Assembly: GCA_964435145.1 (NCBI GenBank)
Contig: CAYSYD010000001.1
Coordinates: 1 to 48,264, forward strand
From: an uncultured Akkermansia sp.
GTDB lineage: Bacteria; Verrucomicrobiota; Verrucomicrobiia; Verrucomicrobiales; Akkermansiaceae
DNA length: 48,264 bases
Reading direction: 5' to 3'
Shown: positions 34,254-43,350 of the stretch, piece after piece
Layout: the number at the start of each line of letters is the position of its first letter
How positions within the stretch are numbered: the stretch's first letter is position 1
The notes under the pieces: generated by a model
Seen by the model: the letters and a program-made list of their open reading frames with translations, nothing else
The model's database searches: none
What the model was told of the DNA's origin: nothing
Translations under genes and position numbers: made by a program

Positions 34254-35294
34254 ATGAAAAGCACCCTTACACTGATGCTTGCCGCTCTGCTGAGCGTGCC
34301 CGCCTTTGCCGCCACCACCGATGCCTACGATGGCGTAGCCCCCCGTTCCGCCAAGCGCCTGAGCGGCTCCCTCACCATCGGCGCCGCCACGAACTACATC
34401 GGCCGCGGCTATGTGCCCACCAACACCGCTCTTGAGGGCGAGGGCATCGGCCTGGGTGCAGTGCAGCTGGGATACGACTTCGGCCGCGAGGGCTACTGGA
34501 GCTACACCGGCACCATCGCATACAAGGCTCCCTTCTCCGGTCACACGCTCTACGGCAACCCGCATATTGCCCCCAATGTGTTCCTGGCTCAGGCTACGCG
34601 CAACTCCGCCCTCATGGGCACACCTACCGATATGGCCATGGGTATGATCAATGGCAACCCCTCCCTTAAATCCGCTTACAATAGCTCCAAGGGCTACATC
34701 GGCGAGAAGAACATCGAGAACGAATTCGCCGTTATCAACGGTCTCAAGTACACCCGCGAGAAGTGGAACGTGAGCTTCGGCCACCAGTTCACGCACGGCG
34801 GCCTGCTGGGCGTGATGGCCAAGCACTACCGCAAGCAGGGTTCCTCCCATGTGAACGAGCTTTACCTTACCCCGGAGCTCACCCCCTACAAGTGGATGAG
34901 CCTCGGCATGATGGTGCGCAACAGCTTCGACGGTATCCAGGGCTGGTGGTTTGAGCCCTATGCCCGCTTCCAGGCTCCCATTATCGGCACGCCGGAGGAT
35001 ATCACCGTTGCCGGCCAGCTGGAGTTCGGTGCCAGTGCCACGGCAAACTACTTCCAGAAGGGCCACGAGGCTTGCGCCAACGGCGTGCAGGCTGTGTGGG
35101 TGAAGTTCTCCGCCCCCTGGTTTGTGACGGATAGCCTGATTCTTACCCCCAGCGTGAGCTGCAACTGGGCCGGTCCCGGTGCCCAGGCAGCTAACGAGCG
35201 CTCCAAGGCCAGCTGGGCCACGCAGAATAGCCTGTATGTGCCCTTCCAGAACTTCGCTGTGGTGGGCCAGCTCACGGCTACCTACAAATTCTAA
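34254..35294 (+). CDS. Putative outer-membrane beta-barrel protein
   Basis: Signal peptide (AFA), TNYIGRG, alternating amphipathic strands, C-terminal LTATYKF beta-signal. Confidence 0.8.
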   Translation: MKSTLTLMLAALLSVPAFAATTDAYDGVAPRSAKRLSGSLTIGAATNYIGRGYVPTNTALEGEGIGLGAVQLGYDFGREGYWSYTGTIAYKAPFSGHTLYGNPHIAPNVFLAQATRNSALMGTPTDMAMGMINGNPSLKSAYNSSKGYIGEKNIENEFAVINGLKYTREKWNVSFGHQFTHGGLLGVMAKHYRKQGSSHVNELYLTPELTPYKWMSLGMMVRNSFDGIQGWWFEPYARFQAPIIGTPEDITVAGQLEFGASATANYFQKGHEACANGVQAVWVKFSAPWFVTDSLILTPSVSCNWAGPGAQAANERSKASWATQNSLYVPFQNFAVVGQLTATYKF

Positions 35295-35358
35295 TTTCCC
35301 GGTGTTTTTCACTGGAAAGCACGCAGACAATGTGTTAAACTAAAGTCTGCGGGCAAAT

Positions 35359-35399
35359 AAAGGCCGCCCGCCGCATCGTAGAACGACGGGCGGCCTTTT
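35359..35399 (+). terminator. Terminator after the OMP gene
   Basis: AAAGGCCGCCCG...CGGGCGGCCTTTT stem-loop. Confidence 0.75.
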
Positions 35400-35436
35400 G
35401 CGTGCCCCCCCTTTTTTCCCAACCGACAGATAAATT

Positions 35437-37638
35437 ATGGTTAATCTTCTGAATTTTAAAGGCAACCCGCTGAACGTGACAGGCGAGGAAAACATCGTCA
35501 AGCCGGCTTTTTACATGCCGAACCGCTTGAGCGTGGCGGCCGGCAAAGCACTGCACCGGCTGCTGGATGGCAAGGTGTGCTACTTGGTGGACCCCACCTT
35601 CCCCCCCGCTCCGGAAATTATGGACTATCTGCAAAAGAAGAACGTGCAGATAGAATACTTCGATTTCCGCAAGACCACAAGCCGCCGCGTGCGCGAGCAG
35701 ATTATGGACCGCCTGCAAGCCGGGCTCAGCGTGGTATTCCTGCCGGGCATGGTGGCCAAAACCCGCGGCTGCCTGGCGGATGTGCCCTCCCCCTTCCTGA
35801 AGCATGTGGGCAGCCTGCACATCTCCCCCGTGCCGGTGTTTCTGGGCTTCTACACGGATAACCTGACGGATCTCTCCCTCAACGAGCCGCAGGCCGGCTG
35901 CCGCGAGGAGCTTTGCATCCTGCCGCAGCTGCACCCCGGCCCGCAAACGGGCGAGCGCCTGCTCTCCGCTTGGATGCAAAAGGGCTCGGAGCTGTACAGT
36001 GCCCACCCCTTGCTCCGCACCTCCCTTACCACGCAGCTGATTCGCAGCATCAAAGCCCACCCCAAAGCGGAGATTATTGACGGCATGACGGGCAGCACAC
36101 TGCCGAACTTCAAGCTGCTGGGCGTTTCCATGACGGTGGCACGCATTATCCAGAAGCGCCGGTGTGCCCGCGTGGGCGTGATTCTGCCCCCCGGGGCAGG
36201 CGGCACCATTGCCACGCTCTCCTGCTTGCTGGCCGGCGTAACCCCGGTGCTAATTAACTATGCCTCCTCCAAGGCTGCTTTTGAGAGTACCGTGCGCCAA
36301 GCCGGGCTGAATTGCTTTATCACGGCGCGCAAGTTCATGGAGAAACTCTCCACCTTCCCCTGGCCGCCGGCAGAGCAGCTTATTCTCGTGGAGGATTTGC
36401 TCAAAACTCTGGATAAGAAAACCCTCATTGCCAATGTACTCATGGCTAAAGCCGCCCCGGCCTCCATGATTTGCAAAATGTTCGATACAGATGCCCGCCG
36501 CAACAACGATGAAGCCGTAATGCTCTTTACCAGCGGCTCCTCCGGGGAGCCCAAAGGCGTGGCTCTTACCCACCGTATGGTACTGGCCAATGTGGCCCAG
36601 TGCGCCAACCGCATTCCGCTGGAGGATGAGAGCTTCCTGGCCAGTTTGCCCATTTTCCACAGTTTCGGCCTCACGGTAACGATGATGCTGCCACTGCTGA
36701 CAGGCTATTCCTTCTGCGCATACCCGAATCCCACGGATGCCCGCAACCTCTGCGATTTGGTACGCAAGTACAAGCTGACGATTTGCTGCGCCACGCCCAC
36801 CTTTGCCCGCGCCATGCTGCGCCGCGCAGAGGAGGAAACCTTCCGCAGCGTGCGCTACTTCATTGTGGGGGCGGAGAAATTGCAACCGGATTTGGAGCGC
36901 GAATTCAAGGAACGCTGCGGCGTGGAACTGCTGGAAGGCTACGGCCTTACGGAGGCTTCCCCCGTGTGCGCCGTCAACATGCCGGATGCCCCGCCCGTGC
37001 AAGGCTCCGCCTTCTACATCCCCGGCACGGTAAAGCGTACCATCGGCACCCTTCTGCCCGGCATTGCCATGCGCATTACCGATTTGGACGATGATTCCAA
37101 GGTGCTGCCGCTCACGGAACGCGGGATGATTTGGTTCAAAGGTGCCAATATCTTCTCCGGCTATGTGGGCAAGGCGGATATGAACCCGGAAATCTTCCGC
37201 GATGGCTGGTTCAAGAGCGGCGATATCGGCAGCATGGACCTCAACGGCTTCATCACCTTGGGTGGCCGCCTCTCCCGCTTCTCCAAAATCGGCGGCGAAA
37301 TGGTACCCCACGAAGGCGTGGAACTGGCTCTCTCCGAAGGCCTGCAGCTGGACCCCGCCGCCGAAGGTGGTGTGCAAATTGCTGTTACCGGCGTATCGGA
37401 TGCCCAGAAGGGCGAGGCACTCGTCCTCCTCTCCGCTCTGCCGCAACACCAGCGCTCCTCCGAGGAGAAACAGATTCTGGCCGAACTGCGCAACATTCTG
37501 GCCGAGTGCCAAATGCCGCTGCTCTGGGCACCCAAATACGTGGTACCCGTGGAGGCCATTCCCGTCCTTCCCACCGGTAAGCTGGATTTGCGCGGCTGTA
37601 AACTTCTGGCGGAGGAAGCCCTCGCTTCCCAAATCTAA
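35437..37638 (+). CDS. Aas-like acyl-ACP synthetase (AMP-binding) with a degenerate N-terminal acyltransferase domain
   Basis: FTSGSSGEPKGV, LPIFHSFGL, GAEKL, EGYGLTEASP, WFKSGD, GRLSRFSKIGGEMV, LPTGKLD. Confidence 0.88.
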   Translation: MVNLLNFKGNPLNVTGEENIVKPAFYMPNRLSVAAGKALHRLLDGKVCYLVDPTFPPAPEIMDYLQKKNVQIEYFDFRKTTSRRVREQIMDRLQAGLSVVFLPGMVAKTRGCLADVPSPFLKHVGSLHISPVPVFLGFYTDNLTDLSLNEPQAGCREELCILPQLHPGPQTGERLLSAWMQKGSELYSAHPLLRTSLTTQLIRSIKAHPKAEIIDGMTGSTLPNFKLLGVSMTVARIIQKRRCARVGVILPPGAGGTIATLSCLLAGVTPVLINYASSKAAFESTVRQAGLNCFITARKFMEKLSTFPWPPAEQLILVEDLLKTLDKKTLIANVLMAKAAPASMICKMFDTDARRNNDEAVMLFTSGSSGEPKGVALTHRMVLANVAQCANRIPLEDESFLASLPIFHSFGLTVTMMLPLLTGYSFCAYPNPTDARNLCDLVRKYKLTICCATPTFARAMLRRAEEETFRSVRYFIVGAEKLQPDLEREFKERCGVELLEGYGLTEASPVCAVNMPDAPPVQGSAFYIPGTVKRTIGTLLPGIAMRITDLDDDSKVLPLTERGMIWFKGANIFSGYVGKADMNPEIFRDGWFKSGDIGSMDLNGFITLGGRLSRFSKIGGEMVPHEGVELALSEGLQLDPAAEGGVQIAVTGVSDAQKGEALVLLSALPQHQRSSEEKQILAELRNILAECQMPLLWAPKYVVPVEAIPVLPTGKLDLRGCKLLAEEALASQI

Positions 37639-37663
37639 GGAGTTTTCCCGCATTCCCCCCCTT

Positions 37664-37697
37664 CCCCCATGGTGCCCACCGCACCATGGGGGTTTTT
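37664..37697 (+). terminator. Intrinsic terminator after the Aas-like gene
   Basis: Perfect 12-bp stem CCCCCATGGTGC/GCACCATGGGGG, then T5. Confidence 0.9.
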
Positions 37698-37719
37698 CTG
37701 CCTCTGTGCAGAATTTCCC

Positions 37720-37748
37720 TTGACCTATGATTAAAAAAGTTTTAATCT
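37720..37748 (+). promoter_or_regulatory. Leaderless promoter with an overlapping palindromic operator
   Basis: TTGACC-N17-TAATCT-N6-ATG; inverted repeat GATTAAAA-AAG-TTTTAATC at 37729-37747. Confidence 0.75.
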
Positions 37749-37754
37749 ACCGGC

Positions 37755-38120
37755 ATGACGGTAGAGGAAATAACTAGTGAGATGGAACGACGCGACTGGA
37801 CCATAAACGAACTGGCATGGAAACTGCGTCTTACCCCGGCAGAGTTACAGCGTATTCTCAGCGGAAAAAAAAGACTATCCCGCCAGCTGGGCGCACATGT
37901 ACGGCTCCTGTTCGAGCGCACGGCGGAGCCCATTATTTACCACACGGTAAGCCTGCCTGCCACGCTGTGCGAGCAGTGGATTCCGGAGTGGGCGCATATG
38001 GATGAGGCGCAACGGCACGAAGCACTCGAAGCCGCCCTGCAATCCGCAGCAAAGCAACTGGCACGCGAGGGAGAACAATACATAACCCCGCAAGAGCTGG
38101 AATTCCTGCGCACCATCTAA
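37755..38120 (+). CDS. XRE/Cro-like helix-turn-helix protein
   Basis: MERRDWTINELAWKLRLTPAELQRILSGKKRLS fits the HTH_3 pattern. Confidence 0.8.
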   Translation: MTVEEITSEMERRDWTINELAWKLRLTPAELQRILSGKKRLSRQLGAHVRLLFERTAEPIIYHTVSLPATLCEQWIPEWAHMDEAQRHEALEAALQSAAKQLAREGEQYITPQELEFLRTI

Positions 38121-38163
38121 ACACAATACCCGTTAGGCTATCAACACACAGCAGCAGGATTTT

Positions 38164-38198
38164 CCACCTCTCCGCCAAGTGCGCAGAGGTGGTATTTT
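38164..38198 (+). terminator. Probable terminator of the HTH gene
   Basis: CCACCTCT...AGAGGTGG stem followed by TATTTT. Confidence 0.55.
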
Positions 38199-38264
38199 GC
38201 GCTCGCCATGGGCAAGGGGATATGTTAATATACTCGGGAAGCTTTTATAACCACCATTCCAGCC

Positions 38265-40175
38265 ATGCCACGTTTTTCCCTTCTGAGTACTCTGTGCGGA
38301 TTCTTCCTGCTGCTGGGCACCGCCACCACGGCATACTCTTCTACCGAAACGCCCGCCCCCGGCACCGGGGAAAAGGTGGCCGTGGTGCTGAATGTGCAGG
38401 AACTCCGCAAGCAGGCGGAGCAGAAAGAGGCGCTGATTGACCGGCTGCAGCTCAACGAACAAGCCCGCAATGCCCTCCTCATCGCCTCCGAATCCATGAG
38501 TCTGGAGGATTTGGAAAAATACTTGGCTCATGAGCACCATGCGTACGATGGCCACACCGTGCTGGAGCATGCCCGCATGAAGGCTAAGTTTGCCGCACCC
38601 ATTCCGCAAAAACCCTGCCCGGAATGCGGCCAAACCACCTTGTATGCGGACCCGGCCGTAGCCCACCCGGCCTGGAGCCACCACTACACGGAGCGCGGCA
38701 TGCAGTATAGCCGCTTCCCTATTCCGCTGCGCATTTATGCCCCGGCGGAAAAGGGCATGGGACTGTGGGATAAATTAGCACACCGTGTGGAGATGGATCC
38801 TTTCAACCTCGCCGCCACCATCATCTTCCTGCTGGCAATTTTGCATACCTTCATGGCGCCTAAGTTCCAGCAGCTGGCGCACCACTTGGAAAAGGCGCAC
38901 AAACAAAAATTGCGCGAGAAAAAATTCCGTATTTTGCACCCGGAGCAGCGCATGCCCATTTCTTTCGGCTCCGCGCTCTGCCACTTTTTGGGCGAGGTGG
39001 AAGTGGTGTTCGGCCTCTGGATTGTACCCTTCGTGTTCGTGTGCCAGCACTATTACAGCATGGATGATTTCCTGCGTTATATTGACCACGATACGAGTTT
39101 CGCGGAGCCGCTTTTCGTGGCCGTGGTGATGGTGATTGCCTCCTCCCGCCCGATTTACCGCTTGGCGGAAAATACGCTGAAGTTCGGTGCCTCCATGGGC
39201 AAGGGCACACCGGCGGCATGGTGGCTTTCCGTGCTGTGCATTGCACCGCTGCTGGGTTCTTTCATTACCGAGCCTGCCGCCATGACTCTGGCGGCCATTC
39301 TGCTGGCTAAGAAGTTCTACAACCTGAAGCCTGCCCCTTCCCTGTGCTACGCCACGCTTGCGCTGCTCTTTGTGAATGTGTCCGTGGGCGGTACCCTCAC
39401 GCATTTTGCCGCGCCGCCCATTGTGATGGTGGCCGGTAAATGGAACTGGGATATGGCACACATGTTCATCCATTTCGGTTGGAAAGCCATGGCGGGCATC
39501 TGCTTGGCGAATGTGATTTACTTCCTCATCTTCACCAAGGAATTTAAGCGCTTGGAGGAGGTGCAGCGCGTCAACAGCGCATTCGATGGTGCCGTGCCCA
39601 CCTCTTGGGAGGACCGCCAGGATGTGATTCCCCCTTGGGTATATGCCGTTTCCATCTTCTTTTTGGCATGGACGGTGTATTTTGCCCACCATCCGGCCAT
39701 TTTCGTGGGTGGTTTCCTGTTCTTTCTGGGATTCACCATGGCCACGCCGCAGTATCAAAATGCCTTCTCCATAAAGGTACCGCTGCTGGTGGCCTTCTTC
39801 CTTGCCGGGCTGCTTATTCTGGGCGGTGTACAGGGCTGGTGGATGCAGCCGGTGCTGCAAGCTCTGGCAGAGCTGGGCGCAGAGGCCACCATGGGGCTGG
39901 CCAGTATTCTGACGGCGTTTAACGATAATGCCTCCGTTACCTTCCTATCCAGCACGGTGCCGGATTTGCCGGAGAAAATTAAGTACGCCATTGTGGCAGG
40001 TGCCGTTACGGGTGGTGGTCTTACGGTGATTGCCAATGCACCGAATCCGGCGGGGCAAGCCATTCTGGGCAAGTTCTTCAAGGAGGGCATCAGCGCGCTC
40101 AGGCTCTTCCTCTGGGCTTTGCTGCCCACGCTGATTATGTTCTGCATGTTCAATTTCATTTACTTCGAGCATTAA
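38265..40175 (+). CDS. Putative Na+/H+ antiporter (PF07399-like) with an N-terminal extension
   Basis: AILHTF, HFLGEVEVVFGLW, LLGSFITEPAAMT, GGTLTHFAAPP, AGAVTGGGLTVIANAPNPAG. Confidence 0.85.
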   Translation: MPRFSLLSTLCGFFLLLGTATTAYSSTETPAPGTGEKVAVVLNVQELRKQAEQKEALIDRLQLNEQARNALLIASESMSLEDLEKYLAHEHHAYDGHTVLEHARMKAKFAAPIPQKPCPECGQTTLYADPAVAHPAWSHHYTERGMQYSRFPIPLRIYAPAEKGMGLWDKLAHRVEMDPFNLAATIIFLLAILHTFMAPKFQQLAHHLEKAHKQKLREKKFRILHPEQRMPISFGSALCHFLGEVEVVFGLWIVPFVFVCQHYYSMDDFLRYIDHDTSFAEPLFVAVVMVIASSRPIYRLAENTLKFGASMGKGTPAAWWLSVLCIAPLLGSFITEPAAMTLAAILLAKKFYNLKPAPSLCYATLALLFVNVSVGGTLTHFAAPPIVMVAGKWNWDMAHMFIHFGWKAMAGICLANVIYFLIFTKEFKRLEEVQRVNSAFDGAVPTSWEDRQDVIPPWVYAVSIFFLAWTVYFAHHPAIFVGGFLFFLGFTMATPQYQNAFSIKVPLLVAFFLAGLLILGGVQGWWMQPVLQALAELGAEATMGLASILTAFNDNASVTFLSSTVPDLPEKIKYAIVAGAVTGGGLTVIANAPNPAGQAILGKFFKEGISALRLFLWALLPTLIMFCMFNFIYFEH

Positions 40176-40190
40176 GGGAGAGCGGATACT

Positions 40191-40790
40191 ATGTTTACAG
40201 GTTTGGTGGAGTGTACAGGTAAGGTGGCGGAGCGCCGGGCAGTGGCCACGGGCGCACGCCTTGTGGTGGAGATTCCTTTTGCCGGGGAGTTGGCACCGGG
40301 GGATTCCGTGGCGGTGAATGGCTGCTGCCTTACGGTGGACTGCGTGGAGGGCTCCTGCGTGGAGTTCGACCTCCTCACGCAAACGCTGCGGGTTACCGGG
40401 CTGGGGGAGCTGCATGCGGGTTCTCTGTGCAATCTGGAGCGCGCCATGGGTGGCCATGGCCGCTTTGGCGGGCATTTTGTGATGGGGCATGTGGACACCA
40501 CGGCCGAGGTGCTTTCTCTGGAGCCGGTGGGGCAGGACCACATGGTACGCATCCGCATTCCGGAGGCTTACCGCAAGTATGTGATTGATAAGGGAAGTAT
40601 TGCCATCGATGGTGTATCCCTCACGGTGGCTCAAATTCTGCCGGAGGCGGTGCTGGAGTTCTGGATTACGCCGCACACCTGGCAGCGCACCATTATGCAC
40701 ACTTATTCCCCCGGGGCGGTGGTGAATATAGAGGTGGATATGATTGCCAAATACGTGGAGCAGCTCTACGGCTGCAAAACGCAGGGGTAA
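40191..40790 (+). CDS. ribE: Riboflavin synthase alpha chain
   Basis: MFTGLVE, GDSVAVNGCCLTV, NLERA, GGHFVMGHVD, KGSIAIDGVSLTV, VNIEVDMIAKY. Confidence 0.97.
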   Translation: MFTGLVECTGKVAERRAVATGARLVVEIPFAGELAPGDSVAVNGCCLTVDCVEGSCVEFDLLTQTLRVTGLGELHAGSLCNLERAMGGHGRFGGHFVMGHVDTTAEVLSLEPVGQDHMVRIRIPEAYRKYVIDKGSIAIDGVSLTVAQILPEAVLEFWITPHTWQRTIMHTYSPGAVVNIEVDMIAKYVEQLYGCKTQG

Positions 40791-40796
40791 GAGCGC

Positions 40797-41363
40797 TTAT
40801 AACTCCCAGTCCACCTCAATCTTCACGGGCTCGCCCTGCTTATCCTCGTATAGGATGTAGCCGTTCGTGGCACCGAATTTGTAAACCTCCATCGTCACCT
40901 TCACATCGAAGCAGCAATAGCGGGCAATATCCAGCAGTTTTTGCACATCCCCCGTGGCCTCGTACTCCGCCCACCATTTGAGGGCATCCGTGCCTTCCGC
41001 TGTCTTGGAATTGCCGCCCAGCGTGGCCTTGGCCACGGAATCCAGCTTGAGGCGGTGCGGTACTTTCTCCGCCAAATAGGCGCATATGTCCAAATTCTGC
41101 GTTACCTCCGCCACCGTCCAGAAAGTGAAGGCCTGCAGCACGCCGTAATCGAAATGGATGTGGTTATACCCCACCACTAAATCCGCATTGCGGAGTTCCT
41201 CAATCAGCTCCTCCACGTTTTCCTCGGTGTAAATGTGGTAGGCATTATCGCGCGTGGAAAAGGTAACGCCCACGGACATGCCCATCTTTGCCGTCTCGTG
41301 CCAGCCGCCCACTTGGGCGGCGGAGCGGCGGGTTTCCAAATCGAAATAGACGATGTTTTTCAT
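40797..41363 (-). CDS. RNase H-like DEDD 3'-5' exonuclease domain protein (RNase_H_2/YprB-like)
   Basis: VYFDLET, VVGYNHIHFD, LKLDSVA, YCCFDV; start MKNIV overlaps the trmL stop codon (ATGA). Confidence 0.85.
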   Translation of the reverse strand: MKNIVYFDLETRRSAAQVGGWHETAKMGMSVGVTFSTRDNAYHIYTEENVEELIEELRNADLVVGYNHIHFDYGVLQAFTFWTVAEVTQNLDICAYLAEKVPHRLKLDSVAKATLGGNSKTAEGTDALKWWAEYEATGDVQKLLDIARYCCFDVKVTMEVYKFGATNGYILYEDKQGEPVKIEVDWEL

Positions 41364-41833
41364 AATGCGGAGGAGGAGGCACTGCGGCGCAGCCCCTCGT
41401 ACAGGGTAATGGCAATAGCGGTGGAGAGATTCAGCGAGCGGGCATGCTCCCCGGGCATGGGAATGCAGAGGGAATGCTCCGGGTGCGCCTCTATCCACGC
41501 TTCCGGCAGGCCGCGGGTTTCCGGGCCGAAAACGAGGTAATCCCCATCCTGCAAGGGGAGTTCCGGCTCCCAGAGGTGGTGGCGTGCCTTAGTGGAGAGG
41601 TACCAGAAGCGGGCGCCCGGTGCGGCGGTCTGCTCCAGCTCCGCCAGGCTATCCCAGAGGTGGAGATCCACGTGTTTCCAGTAATCCAGCCCGGTACGGC
41701 GCACGTGTTTTTCATCGAGGCTGAAACCGAGCGGGCGTATAAGGTGCAGGCGGGAGCCGGTGGCCACGGCCAAACGACCGGCGGCTCCGGTGTTGTGCGG
41801 AATTTCCGGGTGGTAGAGAACGATGTGAAACAT
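41360..41833 (-). CDS. trmL: tRNA (cytidine/uridine-34 2'-O)-methyltransferase
   Basis: IVLYHPEIPHNTG, LHLIRPLGF, GLDYW, LVFGPETRGLP, IPM...RSLNLS. Confidence 0.96.
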   Translation of the reverse strand: MFHIVLYHPEIPHNTGAAGRLAVATGSRLHLIRPLGFSLDEKHVRRTGLDYWKHVDLHLWDSLAELEQTAAPGARFWYLSTKARHHLWEPELPLQDGDYLVFGPETRGLPEAWIEAHPEHSLCIPMPGEHARSLNLSTAIAITLYEGLRRSASSSAL

Positions 41834-41839
41834 GCGTGC

Positions 41840-43237
41840 TTACTTGGCTCCTTTGCCGAAAAGCACGGCAGGAATGGTGCGGAAGAAGAGGCACACATCC
41901 AGCCACAAGCTCCAATTATCAATGTAGCGCAGGTCCTTGTTAATCATGTTATCGAAGTCCCCGTTATCGCTGCGGTCCTCAATCTGCCAATAGCAGGTAA
42001 GGCCGGGCTTCACGCTCAGGCGGCGGCGGTGGGCAATATCCGGGAATTCCGCCGTTTCGTACACCGGCAGCGGGCGCGGACCGACGATGCTCATATCCCC
42101 GGAGATGATGTTGAGCAGCTGGGGCAGCTCATCGATGCTCGTCTTGCGGATAAAATGGCCGAAGCGGAAGATGCGCGGGTCGTTCGTGAGCTTGAAGATG
42201 GGGCCGTTCATCTCGTTGCCGAACTGTTTTTTCACCTCCTCCAAGCGGGCATCCGCATCCTTGTACATGGAGCGGAATTTCCACATACCAAAGGGTTTGC
42301 CAAAGCGGCCGGAGCGCTGCTGGCGGTAGAAGATGGGGCCATCCGGGTCGCTGAGTTTGATGCCGATGGCAGCCACAATCCAAAGCGGCAGGCTGCACAG
42401 CAGGATGAGTACCGCTACCACGCGGTCCAACACCTCCTTCACCAAGCGCCCCCAAGAATAGGCGGGGGTGGAGCTGAGCATCAGCACGCGCTGGTGTTCC
42501 ACCACATTCAGGGAGGCGCGCAGGTTCACCGGGGCATTGCCTTTCAGCATCAGGTAAATATCTATCCCCTGCACCTCGCACTGTATAATGGCTGCTTCGT
42601 TGGCGTGGTAGGCCGTAAGACCGCCAAATACAAACAGGTGGTTCGGGCTGTACTTCTCTATCATCTCCTGCAGGGATTTCTCCGTGCATTCCCCGGCATA
42701 GGCATGCCCTACCACGGCAAAATTATCCTTCCAAGAGGCAGGCAGCTTCTCCCAGCCGCTTGCCACGTCCTCCCGGCTGCCGGCCAGTACCACGCAGCGC
42801 TGCCCCTTGCCCAGCACTTGCAGGCACACGCGCACCGCCAAAAAACGCAGGAAGATGAATACGGGAATGCAGATGATGTTGACGAGCAGGATGTGGTCAA
42901 AAGCAAGGCTGTGGTCCCGCAGGCTCAGGTATACCCCCAAGCCGCACAGGTAATACAACACAGCCGTGCAGAGCTGCCGCAGTGCCGTGGAGGGGCGCTG
43001 CATGTTCCGCCGGTGGTAAAATCCCACGGAGCGCAGAATGACCGGCACGCCGATGAGCGCCACACTGGCCACCAAGGGAATAGCCGTCAGCAGGTTCACC
43101 CCGCTCGTGTAGCTCCAGCCCAGATACGGGGCCACCAGCTCCGTTACCTTCCCGGAAAAGCAAATAAATACCAAGGCCACCAAGAAATCCAGCAGCGGAC
43201 AAATACGATAAAGTAACAGCTTGTTGTATCCAGACAT
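41840..43237 (-). CDS. Polyprenyl-phosphate glycosyl-1-phosphotransferase (WcaJ/CpsE-like priming transferase)
   Basis: N-terminal TM helices; KFRSM, DPRIF..G.FIRKTSIDELPQLLNI..GDMSIVGPRP, VKPGLTCYWQI, DLRYIDNWSLWLD. Confidence 0.95.
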   Translation of the reverse strand: MSGYNKLLLYRICPLLDFLVALVFICFSGKVTELVAPYLGWSYTSGVNLLTAIPLVASVALIGVPVILRSVGFYHRRNMQRPSTALRQLCTAVLYYLCGLGVYLSLRDHSLAFDHILLVNIICIPVFIFLRFLAVRVCLQVLGKGQRCVVLAGSREDVASGWEKLPASWKDNFAVVGHAYAGECTEKSLQEMIEKYSPNHLFVFGGLTAYHANEAAIIQCEVQGIDIYLMLKGNAPVNLRASLNVVEHQRVLMLSSTPAYSWGRLVKEVLDRVVAVLILLCSLPLWIVAAIGIKLSDPDGPIFYRQQRSGRFGKPFGMWKFRSMYKDADARLEEVKKQFGNEMNGPIFKLTNDPRIFRFGHFIRKTSIDELPQLLNIISGDMSIVGPRPLPVYETAEFPDIAHRRRLSVKPGLTCYWQIEDRSDNGDFDNMINKDLRYIDNWSLWLDVCLFFRTIPAVLFGKGAK

Positions 43238-43317
43238 AAACCCGCGCTATTCTAGCACTCGCCCGTGGCCTCCGACAAGCCCAAAAAGGAAAATCTGAAA
43301 AAAAATTACTTTTTTTT

Positions 43318-43344
43318 GAACAAAGCCGCCCGGAGCAGTGTCTA
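43318..43344 (+). promoter_or_regulatory. ECF sigma (RpoE-like) promoter
   Basis: GAACAA-N16-GTCTA, preceded by an A/T tract resembling an UP element. Confidence 0.6.
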
Positions 43345-43350
43345 CCCTGC

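Noticed and set aside
40176..40190. FMN riboswitch for ribE
   Set aside because: Only a 15-bp gap, containing an SD-like GGGAG.
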